Below are positions 12,783 to 24,996 of a DNA stretch of 64,000 bases, in pieces (positions within the stretch are counted from its first letter, which is position 1; each line of letters opens with the position of its first letter). Below the pieces are notes generated by a model. That model saw only the letters and a list, made by a program, of their open reading frames with translations. It ran no database searches and was not told the DNA's origin. Made by a program: the position numbers and the translations under genes. Origin of the DNA: Malacoraja senta (taxonomy: Eukaryota); contig JAXLNO010000520.1 of the NCBI GenBank assembly GCA_038087875.1, positions 1 through 64,000 on the forward strand, read 5' to 3'.

Positions 12783-14970
12783 CTGTATTCTTGTACAGTG
12801 AGTGTTGTCACTGAGCTCTGGGTCGGTACTGATACCAAGTCATTGATGTTCTTGGCATAAATGATGCAGCCCAATGTGTGGCTCAGAAACAGTCAAACAA
12901 AGGGCGACAAGGTTTGCGGGCTAATTGGCTTGGTAAAATTGTAAATTGTCCGTAGTGTGGGTAGGGTAGTGTTAGTTTTCGGGGATCGATGGCAAATGCT
13001 GGAAATCTCCCCCAAAAAACACAATTCTGGAAATTTTCAGCAGGTCAGGCTGCAATTGTGTGGAGAGAAAATGGAGAAGTTATTGTTTAGGTTAGTTTAG
13101 TTTAGAGATACAGCTGTATCCTTTGGCCCACCTAGTCCGTACCGACCAACAATCACCCTGCGCACTAGTTATATTTACACTCTAAAGACAATTTACAGAA
13201 GCCAATTAACCTACAAACCCACGTCTTTGGAATGTGGGAGGAAACCGCAGCATACGGAGAAAACCCACGCACTCGCAGGGAGGATGTGCAAACTCCATTT
13301 AGACAGCTCCCACGGCCACCCAAGAAAGAAAGAAACTGGCAATGTTCTGATGAAGGGTCTTCAACTTGAAACATTGACTCTATTTCTCTTCCCATCAATG
13401 AGCCTTGACTTGCAGAGTATTTCCAGTATTCTATGTTCTTATTTAAGCTTCAGTCCAACCCATTCATATGGAAGGACTGCTTCTTGTGCTTAAATTCTGA
13501 GCCACTACATCTCCTGAGGACCATGATTACGGAAGGTCTAGTGTCAACCACAAGAAATCAGTCTTCGCTATCCAGTTTCAGGTTATCCTGCCACAGAATG
13601 CTATAGCTAACAGTGTGAATTATTGTGTTTTGCAATAGTCAGGTAAATTGATCAAGTCCTTGTAAAAATTATAGGCTTTAATTGTATAAGATACATAATT
13701 ATGTCTGTTTCCCATTTACGTTCGGGTATCCATATTATTAAGAATTCATAGTCATAAAGTCATAGTATTATACAGCATGGAAACAGACCCTTCTGCCCAA
13801 CTCGTCCATGCCGACCGACTAAGCTAATACCATTTGCCCGCGTTTGGCCCATATCCTCCTAAACCTTTCCTATCCATATACCTGTCCAAGTGTCCTTTCA
13901 GTACTGTTATAGTATCTGTCACAACTATCCCTTCTGACAGCACCCATATACCCACAACTGTCTGAGTGAAAAAGTTGCCCCTCAGGTTCATATTGAATCT
14001 TTCCCCTCTCACCTCTAACATATGGCCTCCTGTTTGTGTGGGCAAGTTGGGACGAAGGGCCTGCTACCACACTGACAGTATACCCTTGTAGTTCAGGTAT
14101 CATTCCTTTCTCCAGAGAAGCTGCCAGACCCGCAGAGTTACTCTTACTTTTTGTGTCTATCTTCGCATCTTCGCTGTAAACCAGCATCTACACATCCTTC
14201 CTAAACAGTTATCTTATGTTTGGTGTTGGTCTTTTTTCCCCATGTTATCTGGGGTCTGTGTCTATCCTGTCATTTCAATTATTATACAGAATTAAAGGCT
14301 TTCTCTTTGTGTGAGAGTTTCCTCTCAAAACCTTGCTGAAAGTTATACCCTGTAGTTCAGTATCACCCTCGTTGATCTTTTATGAACCAATACCCTGTCC
14401 AATATCTCTTTATAGAAAGGAGAACAGAATACACACTGTATTGATGCATGTGTATGCTGATGAAACTCTGACTGCTTTCTCAGAAGTGGAGAATAAAGGG
14501 CTGAAAATGGAAAGCAGTTTACAATTCAGATACATACCCAAGAGAGTGCTGCCTCTAAATCATCGCATTGACATTTATTTATATCAGTCTCAGAAGGTTG
14601 TTAGTATTACCCACAACATTAACTTGTCTAATTACTCCCAATTAGAATCAGATTGTGAGCAGTTTTTTAATGAATGTCTAATGCAGTTTTGGGACAGCAT
14701 TTACACCCTATACACTAGTTTCATTGTTCTCATTCTCCATAGTGTGATTGGGACTTCCATTAATCTGGTGCTTATTCCATCATACTTTCCTTCAGGAATT
14801 TGATTTCATTCTGTTAAAAATCACTGTCATCTGGTACAGAAGGAACATCAAAATGACAAAGACAATAGGACCAGTTCAATCAGGCAATGGGTTTTGAATG
14901 GAGAATAAATCTCCCTTTTGCAGAATCTAGATTACATTGCAACATATTTTTTATACTATATGTTCTAGAT

Positions 14971-15012
14971 CAGGGGTCGGCAACCTGAAATCATCCGGCC
15001 CGCAGGCGGGTT
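14971..15012 (+). mobile_element. Orphan hAT (Charlie-like) terminal fragment
   Basis: 'caggggtcggcaacct...cggcccgc' preceded by 'ttctagat', which fits the NTCTAGAN target. No partner end was seen. Confidence 0.5.
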
Positions 15013-15019
15013 TTTTTCA

Positions 15020-18000
15020 TAGACAATAGGTGCAGGAGTAGGCCACTCGGCCTTCCGAGCCAGCACCGCCATTTAATGTGAACATGGCTGATCTTTCCCA
15101 ATCAGTACCCCGTTCCCTGCCTTCTCCCCATTCCCCTGACTCAGCTATCTTAAAGGGCCTGACTCACTTGGCGACCAAATCCGCGAGTTCTGGCAGTTTG
15201 CCCTCGACTCATACTCGCAGCATGGTCGACACGAGGTCGTAGAAGGTCTTCGTAACTCTCCTTTATGCTCGAGAGTGGTCTCCCGCGTACTCGAGGCCTC
15301 AGGTTTTAATATGTTAAAAAATGCCGGCGCGTAAAAAAAGGTTGCCATGGAAAAAATCCATAACTTTTTTTACTCGTAGTTGGTCGTAGTAGATTGGCCT
15401 GTTATTTGTAGGTAATCGAGGGTAGTCGAAGTAGTCGTAGATAGTCTTCATCATAGTCGAAGGGAGGTCAAAGGGAGGTCGAAGGAGAACGAAGGAGGTC
15501 GTCTTCACTCTCCACTATTCAGGTGTCCAATTTTCCCGAAGTTAGTGTAGTTAGTCGTAGCTATTCGAAGCTGGTATTCAACATGTCCAAGGAGGGTATT
15601 CTACATAGTCGAAGGAGGTCTTCAACGTCATTTTTTCGAACTCATTCTAAACTCGCCAAATAGGTCACCCAAGTAGGACAGCCCCTTATAGAGCCCTATC
15701 TAGCTCTCTCTTGAAAGTATCCAGAGAACCGGCCTCCACCGCTTCTGAGGGAGAGAATTCCACAAACTCACCACTCTCTGTGAGAAAAAGTGTTACCTCG
15801 TCTCCTTTCTAAATGGCTTACCCATTATTCTGAAACTGTGGCCCCTGGTTCTGGACTTCCCCAACATCGGGAACAGTTTCCTGCCTGTAGATTGTCCAAA
15901 CCCTTAATAATCTTATATGTTTCAATAAGATACCATCTCATCCTTCTAACTCCAGAGTCTACAAGCCCAGTCGCTCCATCTCTCAGCATATGACAGTCCC
16001 GCCATCCCGGGAATTAACCTTGTAAACCTACGCTGCACTCCCTCAATAGCAAGAATGTCCTTCCTCAAATTAGGGGACCAAAACTGCACACAACACTCCA
16101 GGTGTGGTCTCACTAGGGCTGTACAACTGCAGAAGGACCTCTTTGCTCCTATATTCGATTCCTCTTGTTATAAAGGCCAACATGCCATTCACTTTCTTCA
16201 CTGCCTGCTGTACCTGCATGCTTACTTTCATAGACTGTTGTACAAGGACCCCCAGATCCCATTGTACTTCCCCTTTTCCCAACTTGACACCATTTAGATA
16301 GTAATCTGCCTTACTGTTTTTGCTACCAAAGTGGATAACCTCACATTTATCCGCATTTAACTTCATTTGCCATGCATCTGCCCACTCACCCAACCTGTCC
16401 AAGTCACCCTGCATTCTCATAGCACCCTCCTCACAGTTCACACTGCCACCCAGCTTTGTGTCATCTGCAAATTTGCTAATGTTACTTTGAATCCCTTCAT
16501 CCAAATCATTGATATATATTGTAAATAGCTGCGGTCCCAGCACCGAGCCTTGCGGAACCCCACTAGTCACTGCCTGCCATTCTGAAAGGGACCCATTAAT
16601 CCCTACTCTTTGTTTCCTGTCTTCCAACCACTTCTCCATCCATGTCAGCACTCTACCCCCAATACCATGTGCCCTAATTTTGCCCACTAAATCTCCTATG
16701 TGGGACCTTATCAAATGCTTTCTGAAAAGTCCAGGTACACTACATCCACTGGCTCTCCCTTGTCCATTTTCCTAGTTACATCTTCAAAAAATTCCAGAAG
16801 ATTAGTCAAGCATGATTTCCCCTTCGTAAATCCATGCTGACTCGGACCGATCCTGTTACTGCTATCCAAATGTGTGGCTATCTCATCTTTTTCTAATTGA
16901 CTCCAGCCATCTTTCCCCACCACCGATGTCAGGTTAAACTGGTCTATAATCCCTGATTTCTCTCTCCCGCCTTTCTTAAAAAGTGGGATAACATTAGCTA
17001 CCCTCCAATCCACAGGAACTGATCCTGTCTATAGAAACATTGGAAAATTATCACCAATGCATCCACGATTTCCAGAGCCACTTCCTTAAGCACCCTGGGA
17101 TGCAGATCATGAGGCCCTGGGGATTTATCAGCCTTCAGTCCATCAGTCTATCCAACACTATTTCCTGCCTAATGTGGATTTCCTTCAGTTACTCTGTCAC
17201 CCCAGATCCTCTGGCCACTACTATATCAGGAAGATTGTTTGTGTCCTCCTTAGTGAAGACAGATCCAAAGTACCTGTTCAACTCATCTGGCATTTCCTTG
17301 TTCCCCATAATAATTCACCTTTTTCGGTCTTCAAGGGTCCAACTTTGGTCTCAACTAATTTTTTCCTATCACATACCTAAAGAAGCTTTTACTATCCTGC
17401 TTTATATTCTTGGCTAGCTTACCTTCGTACCTCATCTTTCTCCCCATATTGTCTTTTTGGTTATCTTCTGTTGTTCTTTAAACATTACCCAATCCTCTTG
17501 CTTCCGCTCATCTTTACTACGTTGTACTTCTTCGCTTTAATTTTTCTACCGTCCCTGATGTCCTTGCCAGCCATGGTTGTCCCTTTCTCCCCTGGAATCT
17601 TTCTTCCTCCTAGGAATGAACTGATCCTGCACCTTCTGTATTATTCCTAGAAAACACCTGCCATTTTTGTTCCATTGTCATCCCTGCTAGTGTATCTTTC
17701 CAGTCAACTTTGGCCAGCTCCTCCCTCATGGGCCCCATGGTCCCCTTTATTCAACTGCAACACTGACACCTCCGATCTACTCTTCTCCTCTCCAATTGTA
17801 GATTAAACCTGACCATGTTATGGTCACTCCTCCTAATGGCTCATTAACCTCAAGTTCCTTTATCAAATCCGGTTCATTACATAACACTAAATCCAGAATT
17901 GCCTTCTCCCTGGTAGGCACCAATTCAAGCTGTCGAAAGAATCCATCACAAAGGCACTCTACAAAGTCCCTTTCTTGGGGTCCAGTACCAACCTGATTTT

Positions 18001-18150
18001 CCCAGTCTACCTGCATGTTGAAATCTCCCATAACAACCACAGCATTGCTTTTACTACATGCCAATTTTAACTCCTGATTCAACTTGTGCCCTATGTCCAG
18101 GCTACTGTTTGGGGGCCTGTAGATTAGTCCCATTAGGGTCTTTTTACCCT
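15020..18150 (-). mobile_element. Long degraded CR1 LINE (EN-RT ORF2 in frameshifted pieces), interrupted by a MITE
   Basis: ORFs 17777..18133 (IYRPP, MGDFN, ILDLVL), 16711..17013 (SQHGFTKGKSCLTNL) and 16070..16714 (SGVPQGSVLGP, KFADDTK). Confidence 0.92.
15154..15686. mobile_element. Harbinger-like MITE, third subfamily (gtcgtag/gtcgaag-rich interior)
   Basis: Ends agggcctgactcacttggcgacc / ggtcacccaagtaggacagcccct. Cleanly splits CR1 sequence 'gctatct...agagccctatctagc'. Confidence 0.75.
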
Positions 18151-18154
18151 TACA

Positions 18155-18472
18155 TTTCCGCTCTCTCTATCTCTCCCCCACCCAAGTCGCACCAGCTTCT
18201 GGTTTTCACCCAACAATCCGTTAACAATGGCCTGTTTCCTTTATCATCATTACTTTTTTGCATAACTTTCATTCATTAATCTTTATCTCTCTACATCATC
18301 GTCTATTGTATATCTCTAATTTCCCTTCTCCCTAACTAGTCTGATAAAATGTTTCTCGACCCAAAACGTCACCCATTCCTTCTCTCCAAAGATGCTGCCT
18401 GACCCGCTGAGTTACTCCAGCTTTTTGTGTCTATCTTCGGTGTAAACCAGCATCTGCAGTTCCTTTCTACAT
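18155..18472 (+). mobile_element. Penelope-like 3' end / pseudo-LTR fragment
   Basis: Pyrimidine-rich stretch followed by 'gtctgataaaatgtttctcgacccaaaacgtcacccattcc...gagttactccagc'. The same layout follows the GIY-YIG ORF at 47744-47941. Confidence 0.65.
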
Positions 18473-18485
18473 GTTACAACCTTAG

Positions 18486-18702
18486 ATAGACATAAAATGC
18501 TGGAGTATCTCAGCGGGACAGGCAGCAACTCTGGAGAGAAAGTTTGGGTGACGTTTCGGGTTAAGCCCTTCACACTCCGGTGTCAGCTCTTGACCTGAAA
18601 TGTCACCCATTACTTCTCTCCCGAGATGCTGCCTGTCCCGCTGAGTTACTCCAGCATTTTGTGTCTATATTCGGTGAACCAGCAACTGTAGTTTGTTCCG
18701 AC
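18486..18702. mobile_element. Palindromic mini-element made of two inverted Penelope pLTR arms
   Basis: atagacataaaatgctggagtatctcagcgggacaggcagc... / ...gctgcctgtcccgctgagttactccagcattttgtgtctat. Confidence 0.8.
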
Positions 18703-18943
18703 AGCCGTTGGAGAGGTCGCTGAGGGAGGAGCTACAACCGAGCGGTAGGACTTAAAAAGGAGCGCGGGGGCTTGTTCCTAACAGAGGTCCGAAAGCCGTT
18801 GGAGAGGTCGCTGAGGGAGGAGCTACAACCGAGCGGTAGGACTTAAAAAGGAGCGCGGGGGCTTGTTCCTAACAGAGGTCCGAAAGCCGTTGGAGAGGTC
18901 GCTGAGGGAGGAGCTACAACCGAGCGGTAGGACTTAAAAAGGA
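18703..18943 (+). repeat. 91-bp tandem monomers (about 2.6 copies) forming the CR1 5' end
   Basis: 'agccgttggagaggtcgctgaggg...' starts at 18703, 18794 and 18885; the copies look identical. Confidence 0.95.
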
Positions 18944-19123
18944 ACCCAAATCGGCAACGTTCCACTTCAAAAACAAGTGGGTTTGAGGAAGCCGCTGATT
19001 GGTGGACGCAGACAAGAGGGAGCAGCTGATTGGGAGTCAGATCCCTGCTGATTGTACTGTATTGTAGCAGTTTGTTTTGTATTGTAGCAGTTTGTTTTGT
19101 ATTCTATCCAGGGTAAGGGGAGT

Positions 19124-20059
19124 ATGACGGCCAGGGCAGTTTACTGTTCTGGATGTCAGATGTGGGAAGTCATGGAGTCTGATAGCCCTCCAGACGTCCA
19201 CATCTGCGCCAGGTGTATCGAGATGGGGCTCCTAATGGACCGTATTAGGAACCTGGAGCAGCAGCTCGATGACCTCCGTCTGGTCAGGGAGAGCGAGGAA
19301 GTCATTGAGAGGAGTTACAGGGATGTGGTCACTCCAAGACCACAGGAGGCGGGCAAGTGGATCACGGTTGGGAGAGGCAAGGGGCACAGGCAGGGACTAG
19401 AGAGTACCCCGGTGGCTGTACACCTTGACAATCAGTACTCCTGTTTGAGCACTGTTGGGGTGGACAGCCTACCTGGGGGTAGCGACAGCGGCCGGGCCTC
19501 CGGTATAGAGACCGGTCCTGTTGCTCAGAAGGGTAAGGAAAAGAAGAGGAGGGCAATATTAATAGGGGACTCTATAGTTAGGGGGTCAGACAGGCGATTC
19601 TGTGGACGCAGTCGGGAGACCCGGATGGTAGTTTGCCTCCCTGGTGCCAGGGTCTGTGATGTGTCCCAACGTGTCCAAGACATCCTGAAAGGGCAGGGAG
19701 AGGAGCCCGAGGTCGTGATACATATAGGTACCAATGACATAGGTAAAAAAAGTGAAGAGGTCCTGAAAGGAGAATTTAGGGAGTTAGGAGGGGAGTTAAA
19801 GAGAAGGACAGCAAAGGTAACAATCTCGGGATTACTGCCTGTACCACGCGACAGTGAGAGTAGGAATGGAGCAAGGTGGAGGATAAATGCGTGGCTGAAG
19901 GACTGGTGCAGAAGGCAGGGATTCAAATTTCTGGATCATTGGGACTTCTTTTGTGGAAGGTTCGACCTGTACAAAAAGGATGGGTTGCACTTGAACCTGA
20001 GGGGGACCGATATCCTGGCGGGGAGATCTGCAAAGGCTACTGGGGAGACTTTAAACTAG
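19124..20059 (+). CDS. CR1 ORF1p: N-terminal zinc finger/leucine zipper plus SGNH/GDSL esterase-like domain
   Basis: CSGC...CARC, heptad LMDRIRNLEQQLDDL, and esterase motifs IGDSIVRG, HIGTND and DGLH. First ATG at 19124. Confidence 0.92.
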   Translation: MTARAVYCSGCQMWEVMESDSPPDVHICARCIEMGLLMDRIRNLEQQLDDLRLVRESEEVIERSYRDVVTPRPQEAGKWITVGRGKGHRQGLESTPVAVHLDNQYSCLSTVGVDSLPGGSDSGRASGIETGPVAQKGKEKKRRAILIGDSIVRGSDRRFCGRSRETRMVVCLPGARVCDVSQRVQDILKGQGEEPEVVIHIGTNDIGKKSEEVLKGEFRELGGELKRRTAKVTISGLLPVPRDSESRNGARWRINAWLKDWCRRQGFKFLDHWDFFCGRFDLYKKDGLHLNLRGTDILAGRSAKATGETLN

Positions 20060-20238
20060 AATGGTTGGGGGGAGGGACTCAAATAGAGAATGCTATTAGA
20101 CAGTGTGTGAGGCAGGAGGCAGAGAAGGAAAGCACTCAGACCCAACATGTAGGGGGGAAAGAAGAAAACAATAATAAACAGAGAATAAGAGGTGGTGGGG
20201 TTCTTAAATGGGTGAGCAGAGAAACAGAGGGGTGTAAA

Positions 20239-23175
20239 ATGCGGGCGGAAGCAATAGGTAGCAAGGTGAAAGGTAAAAGTGGCAGGCAGACAAATCCAGG
20301 GCAAAAATCAAAAAGAGCCACTTTTCAACATAATTGTATAAGGGGTAAGAGCGTTGTAAAAACAAGCCTGAAGGCTTTGTGTCTCAATGCAAGGAGCATT
20401 CGTAATAAGGTGGATGAGTTGAACGTGCAGATAGCAATTAATGATTAAGATATAGTTGGGATCACGGAGACATGGCTCCAAGGTGACCAAGGCTGGGAGC
20501 TGAACATCCAGGGATATTCAATATTCAGGAGGGATAGAGAGAAAGGAAAAGGAGGTGGGGTAGCGTTGCTGGTTAGAGAGGAGATTAACGCAGTGGAAAG
20601 GAAGGACATTAGCTTGGAGGATGTGGAATCGGTATGGGTAGAGCTGCGAAACACTAAGGGGCAGAAAACGCTGGTGGGCGTTGTGTACAGGCCACCTAGC
20701 AGTAGTAGTGAAGTTGGGGATGGCATCAAACAGGAAATTAGAAATGCGTGCAACAAAGGCAAAACAGTTATAATGGGTGACTTCAATCTACATATAGATT
20801 GGGTGAATCAAATTGGCAGGGGTGCTGAGGAAGAGAATTTCTTGGAATGTATGAGGGATAGTTATCTAAACCAACATGTAGATGAACCAACGAGAGAGCA
20901 GGCTATTCTAGACTGGGTATTGAGTAATGAGGAAGGGTTAGTTAGCAGACTTGTTGTGCGTGCCCCCTTGGGCAAGAGTGATCATAATATGGTTGAGTTC
21001 TTCATTAGGATGGAGAGTGACATTGTTAATTCAGAAACAACGGTTCTGAACTTAAAGAAAGGTAACTTTGAGGGTATGAGACGTGAATTGGCCAAGATTG
21101 ACTGGCAATTAGTTCTAAAAGGGTTGACGGTGGATATGCAATGGAAGGCATTTAAAGACTGCATGGATGAACTACAAAAATTGTTAATCCCAGTTTGGCA
21201 AAAGAATAAATCAAGGAAGGTAGTGCATCCGTGGATAACAAGGGAAATCAGGGATAGTATCAAAGCAAAAGATGATGCGTACAAATTAGCCAGAAAAAGC
21301 AGCATACCAGAGGACTGGGAGAAATTCAGAGACCAGCAGAGGAGGACAAAGGGCTTAATTAGGAAAGGGAAAATAGATTATGAAAGGAAACTGGCAGGGA
21401 ACATAAAAACTGACTGCAAAAGTTTTTATAGATATGTGAAGAGAAAGAGATTAGTTAAATCAAATGTAGGTCCCTTGCAGTCAGAAACAGGTGAATTGAT
21501 CATGGGGAACAAGGATATGGCAGACCAATTGAATAACTACTTTGGTTCCGTCTTCACTAAGGAAGACATAAATAATCTGCCGGAAATAGCAGGGGGCCGC
21601 GGGTCAAAGGAGATGGAGGAACTGAGTGAAATCCAGGTTAGTCGGGAAGTGGTGTTGGGTAAATTGAATGGATTAAAGGCCGATAAATCACCAGGGCCAG
21701 ATAGGCTGCATCCCAGAGTACTTAAGGAAGTAGCTCCAGAAATAGTGGATGCATTAGTGATAATTTTTCAAAACTCTTTAGATTCTGGAGTAGTTCCTGA
21801 GGATTGGAGGGTAGCAAACGTAACCCCACTTTTTAAGAAGGGAGGGAGAGAGAAAACGGGGAATTACAGACCAGTTAGTCTAACATCGGTAGTGGGGAAA
21901 CTGCTAGAGTCAGTTATTAAAGATGGGATAGCAGCACATTTGGAAAGTGGTGAAATCATTGGACAAAGTCAGCATGGATTTACGAAAGGTAAATCGTGTC
22001 TGACGAATCTTATAGAATTTTTCGAGGATGTAACTAGTAGAGTGGATAGGGGAGAACCAGTGGATGTGTTGTATCTGGACTTTCAGAAGGCTTTCGACAA
22101 GGTACCACATAAGAGATTAGGATACAAACTTAAATCACATGGTATTGGGGGTTCAGTATTGATGTGGATAGAGAACTGGCTGGCAAACAGGAAGCAAAGA
22201 GTAGGAGTAAACGGGTCCTTTTCACAATGGCAGGCAGTGACTAGTGGGGTACCGCAAGGCTCAGTGCTGGGACCCCAGCTATTTACAATTTATATTAATG
22301 ATCTGGACGAGGGAATTGAAAGCAACATCTCCAAGTTTGCGGATGACACTAAGCTGGGGGGCAGTGTTAGCTGTGAGGAGGATGCTAGGAGACTGCAAGG
22401 TGACTTGGATAGGCTGGGTGAGTGGGCAAATGTTTGGCAGATGCAGTATAATGTGGATAAATGTGAGGTTATCCACTTTGGTAGCAAAAACGGGAAGGCA
22501 GACTATTATCTAAATGGTGGCCGATTAGGAAATGGGGAGATGCAGCGAGACCTGGGTGTCATGGTACACCAGTCATTGAAAGTAGGCATGCAGGTGCAGC
22601 AGGCAGTGAAGAAAGCGAATGGTATGTTGGCCTTCATAGCAAGAGGATTTGAGTATAGGAGCAGCGAGGTTCTACTGCAGTTGTACAGGGTCTTGGTGAG
22701 ACCACACCTGGAGTATTGCGTACAGTTTTGGTCTCCAAATCTGAGGAAGGACATTATAGCCATAGAGGGAGTGCAGAGAAGGTTCACCAGACTGATTCCT
22801 GGGATGTCAGGACTTTCATATGAAGAAAGACTGGATAGACTTGGCTTATACTCGCTAGAATTTAGGAGACTGAGAGGGGATCTTATAGAAACGTACAAGA
22901 TTCTTATGGGGTTGGACAGGCTAGATGCAGGAAGATTGTTCCCGATGTTGGGGAAGTCCAGGACAAGGGGTCACAGCTTAAGGATAAGGGGGAAATCCTT
23001 TAAGACCGAGATGAGGAAAAACTTTTTCACACAGAGAGTGGTGAATCTCTGGAACTCTCTGCCACAGAGGGTAGCTGAGGCCAGTTCATTGGCTATATTT
23101 AAGAGGGAATTAGATGTGACCCTTGTGGCTAAAGGGATCAGGGGGTATGGAGAGAAGGCAGGTACGGGATACTGA
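20239..23175 (+). pseudogene. CR1 ORF2p (APE endonuclease + reverse transcriptase) with one in-frame TAA at 20446-20448
   Basis: ORFs 19876..20448 and 20566..23175 are in the same frame. Motifs CLNARS, ITETW, VYRPP, GDFN, SDH, QHGF, LDFQKAFD, GVPQGSVLGP, FADD. Confidence 0.93.
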
Positions 23176-23973
23176 GTTGGATGATCAGCCATGATCGTAT
23201 TGAATGGCGGTGCAGGCTCGAAGGGCCGAATGGCCTACTCCTGCACCTATTTTCTATGTATCTATGTATCTACAACCTTAGTTGGATAACCCCACTAGCT
23301 TCCTCCATCCACCACCACACTGCCTCATCTACTGATCAGTTGACTGGACATGACCAGATATCCCTGCTACACTTACTGATTTTCCTGCACACATTAGCCA
23401 CAAATACTCAATCTCACCATTGACTACTACAATGCATTCTCACATCCCAAATATTGATAGCTCTACCTATCTATCAATTATATTCCTATACTTCCAATCC
23501 TTGAAATTTCCACCATCATGGGCTCCGTCCTCGGTGATCCAGTCACAGACCCAGATCTGAACCCCGGCATCAGAACCACCGCTGTGTTCCATAGTGGCAG
23601 AGTACACATGCAGAGGCCCTTTCCTCATGCAGTACTGATTGCATAGCATACGGTGCCTTGGGATTCTTCCTTTACTGTAAATTCCCCAGACGCAGGCCTT
23701 GAACAAAATATTTGTGAAACTGCAGTAAACCTAGCGACTAATGTCCATTTTCAGACACCCAGGCACTCGGACAACACTGCCGCTGAGATCCAGGGTGAAT
23801 CTGCAATGTTGGGCAGTTTTCTATAAATACACAAAAGGACACAAAGTCCTGGTTTACAGTAACTCAGTAACTTTACAGCAATACAAGAATTTCATTGTCC
23901 TATCTGGGACACATGACAATAAACTCTCTTGACGACTTGACTCAGCAGGTCAGGCAGCATCTCTGGTGAAAAC

Positions 23974-24984
23974 CAGGGCCGGCCTTAGAGGTGCGGGACC
24001 CAATTGGGAACAATTTTGGTGAGCCCCAGGTTCCCAGCCAAGGTCTGTAGAATCATAGAAATATAATAGACTTTATATCTCTATGGTAGAATGGAAAGTA
24101 ATCAAAATGTGCGGTTAAAAAGTGCCTGCGATTTAATGGACCAAACAGATATAAGCTACATTTTAATATAACATTGCATACAAGTAACTAACAAAATGTG
24201 TAGATCACCTCTGAAAAGTACATAGTTACAATACCACTTGTTTTAGTGACTGGGAAATGAAAACAAAAAGTAATTTAATTAACTAGATCCTGGAATACCA
24301 ATAACCATTGGCGAAAAACCAGTCCAGGCATTAAATTTTGGGCTTCAGCCCCATCCTAACTTAGTTGTGTGTGTTTGTATGTTAGTTGTGTGTGTGTGTG
24401 TTAGTTGTCTGTGCGTTATGTGTGTGTGTGTGGGACGGAGGGAGGGAGAGAAGGGAGAGAAGGGAGGAAGGAGAGAAGGGAGGAAGGAGAGAAGGGAGGG
24501 AGGGAAGTAAAGAAAGAAGGGAGGGAGGGAAGGAGAGAAGGGAAAAGAGAGAGGACGGAGGGAGGGAAGGGGAGGGAGGGAGGGAAGGAGAGAAGGGAGA
24601 GGGCCGGCGGCAGGAACGGATGCCGGGGTCCGGGGGGACGGGTGTGAGCTGAGGCCGAGGTTTGTAAACGTTGCTTAAACCCCGCCCCGGCCCTCCCTGT
24701 GTTGTTCACCACGTCTTCCCGGGGAGAGAGAGATGGAGCCGGGCCTGTGTGGGTGATGCACGGTGACTGGAGGGGCGGGAGCGCTGCCCCGGGACCGTGA
24801 GGGAACGACCCATCTCCCCCTTCTCCATTCCCCCTCACAACCCCCTCCCCGTCTACCCCTTTCTCCCCCCTCCACCCAGGGTAGATTTACCCGAGCCGAG
24901 AGTAGATTACTCTAGCGCGGGGGGCCCCTTAGGCGCGGGGCCCAATTGGGAGCAATTGGTCCAATTGGCTTAAGGCCGGCCCTG
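23974..24984. mobile_element. Non-autonomous hAT transposon
   Basis: Perfect 14-bp TIR cagggccggcctta / taaggccggccctg. Perfect 8-bp TSD gtgaaaac at 23966-23973 and 24985-24992. Confidence 0.93.
24365..24605 (+). repeat. (TG)n tract followed by a GA-rich polypurine tract, inside the hAT element
   Basis: Direct composition. Confidence 0.9.
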
Positions 24985-24996
24985 GTGAAAACATAT

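Larger units (their letters stand above)
18703..23272 (+). mobile_element. Full-length young CR1 LINE (HER1-like)
   Basis: 5' UTR with tandem monomers, ORF1, ORF2, short 3' UTR and an octamer-type tail (tttctatgtatctatgtatcta). Confidence 0.96.

Noticed and set aside
14333..14803. 156-aa ORF in unique-looking DNA
   Set aside because: TTG start, no recognisable motif and no convincing splice pair.
18703..18943. Possible CRISPR-like array
   Set aside because: Contiguous identical units without spacers, in eukaryotic LINE context.
24386..24875. Glu/Arg/Gly-rich and Pro/Ser-rich ORFs
   Set aside because: Low-complexity purine tract inside a non-autonomous hAT element.
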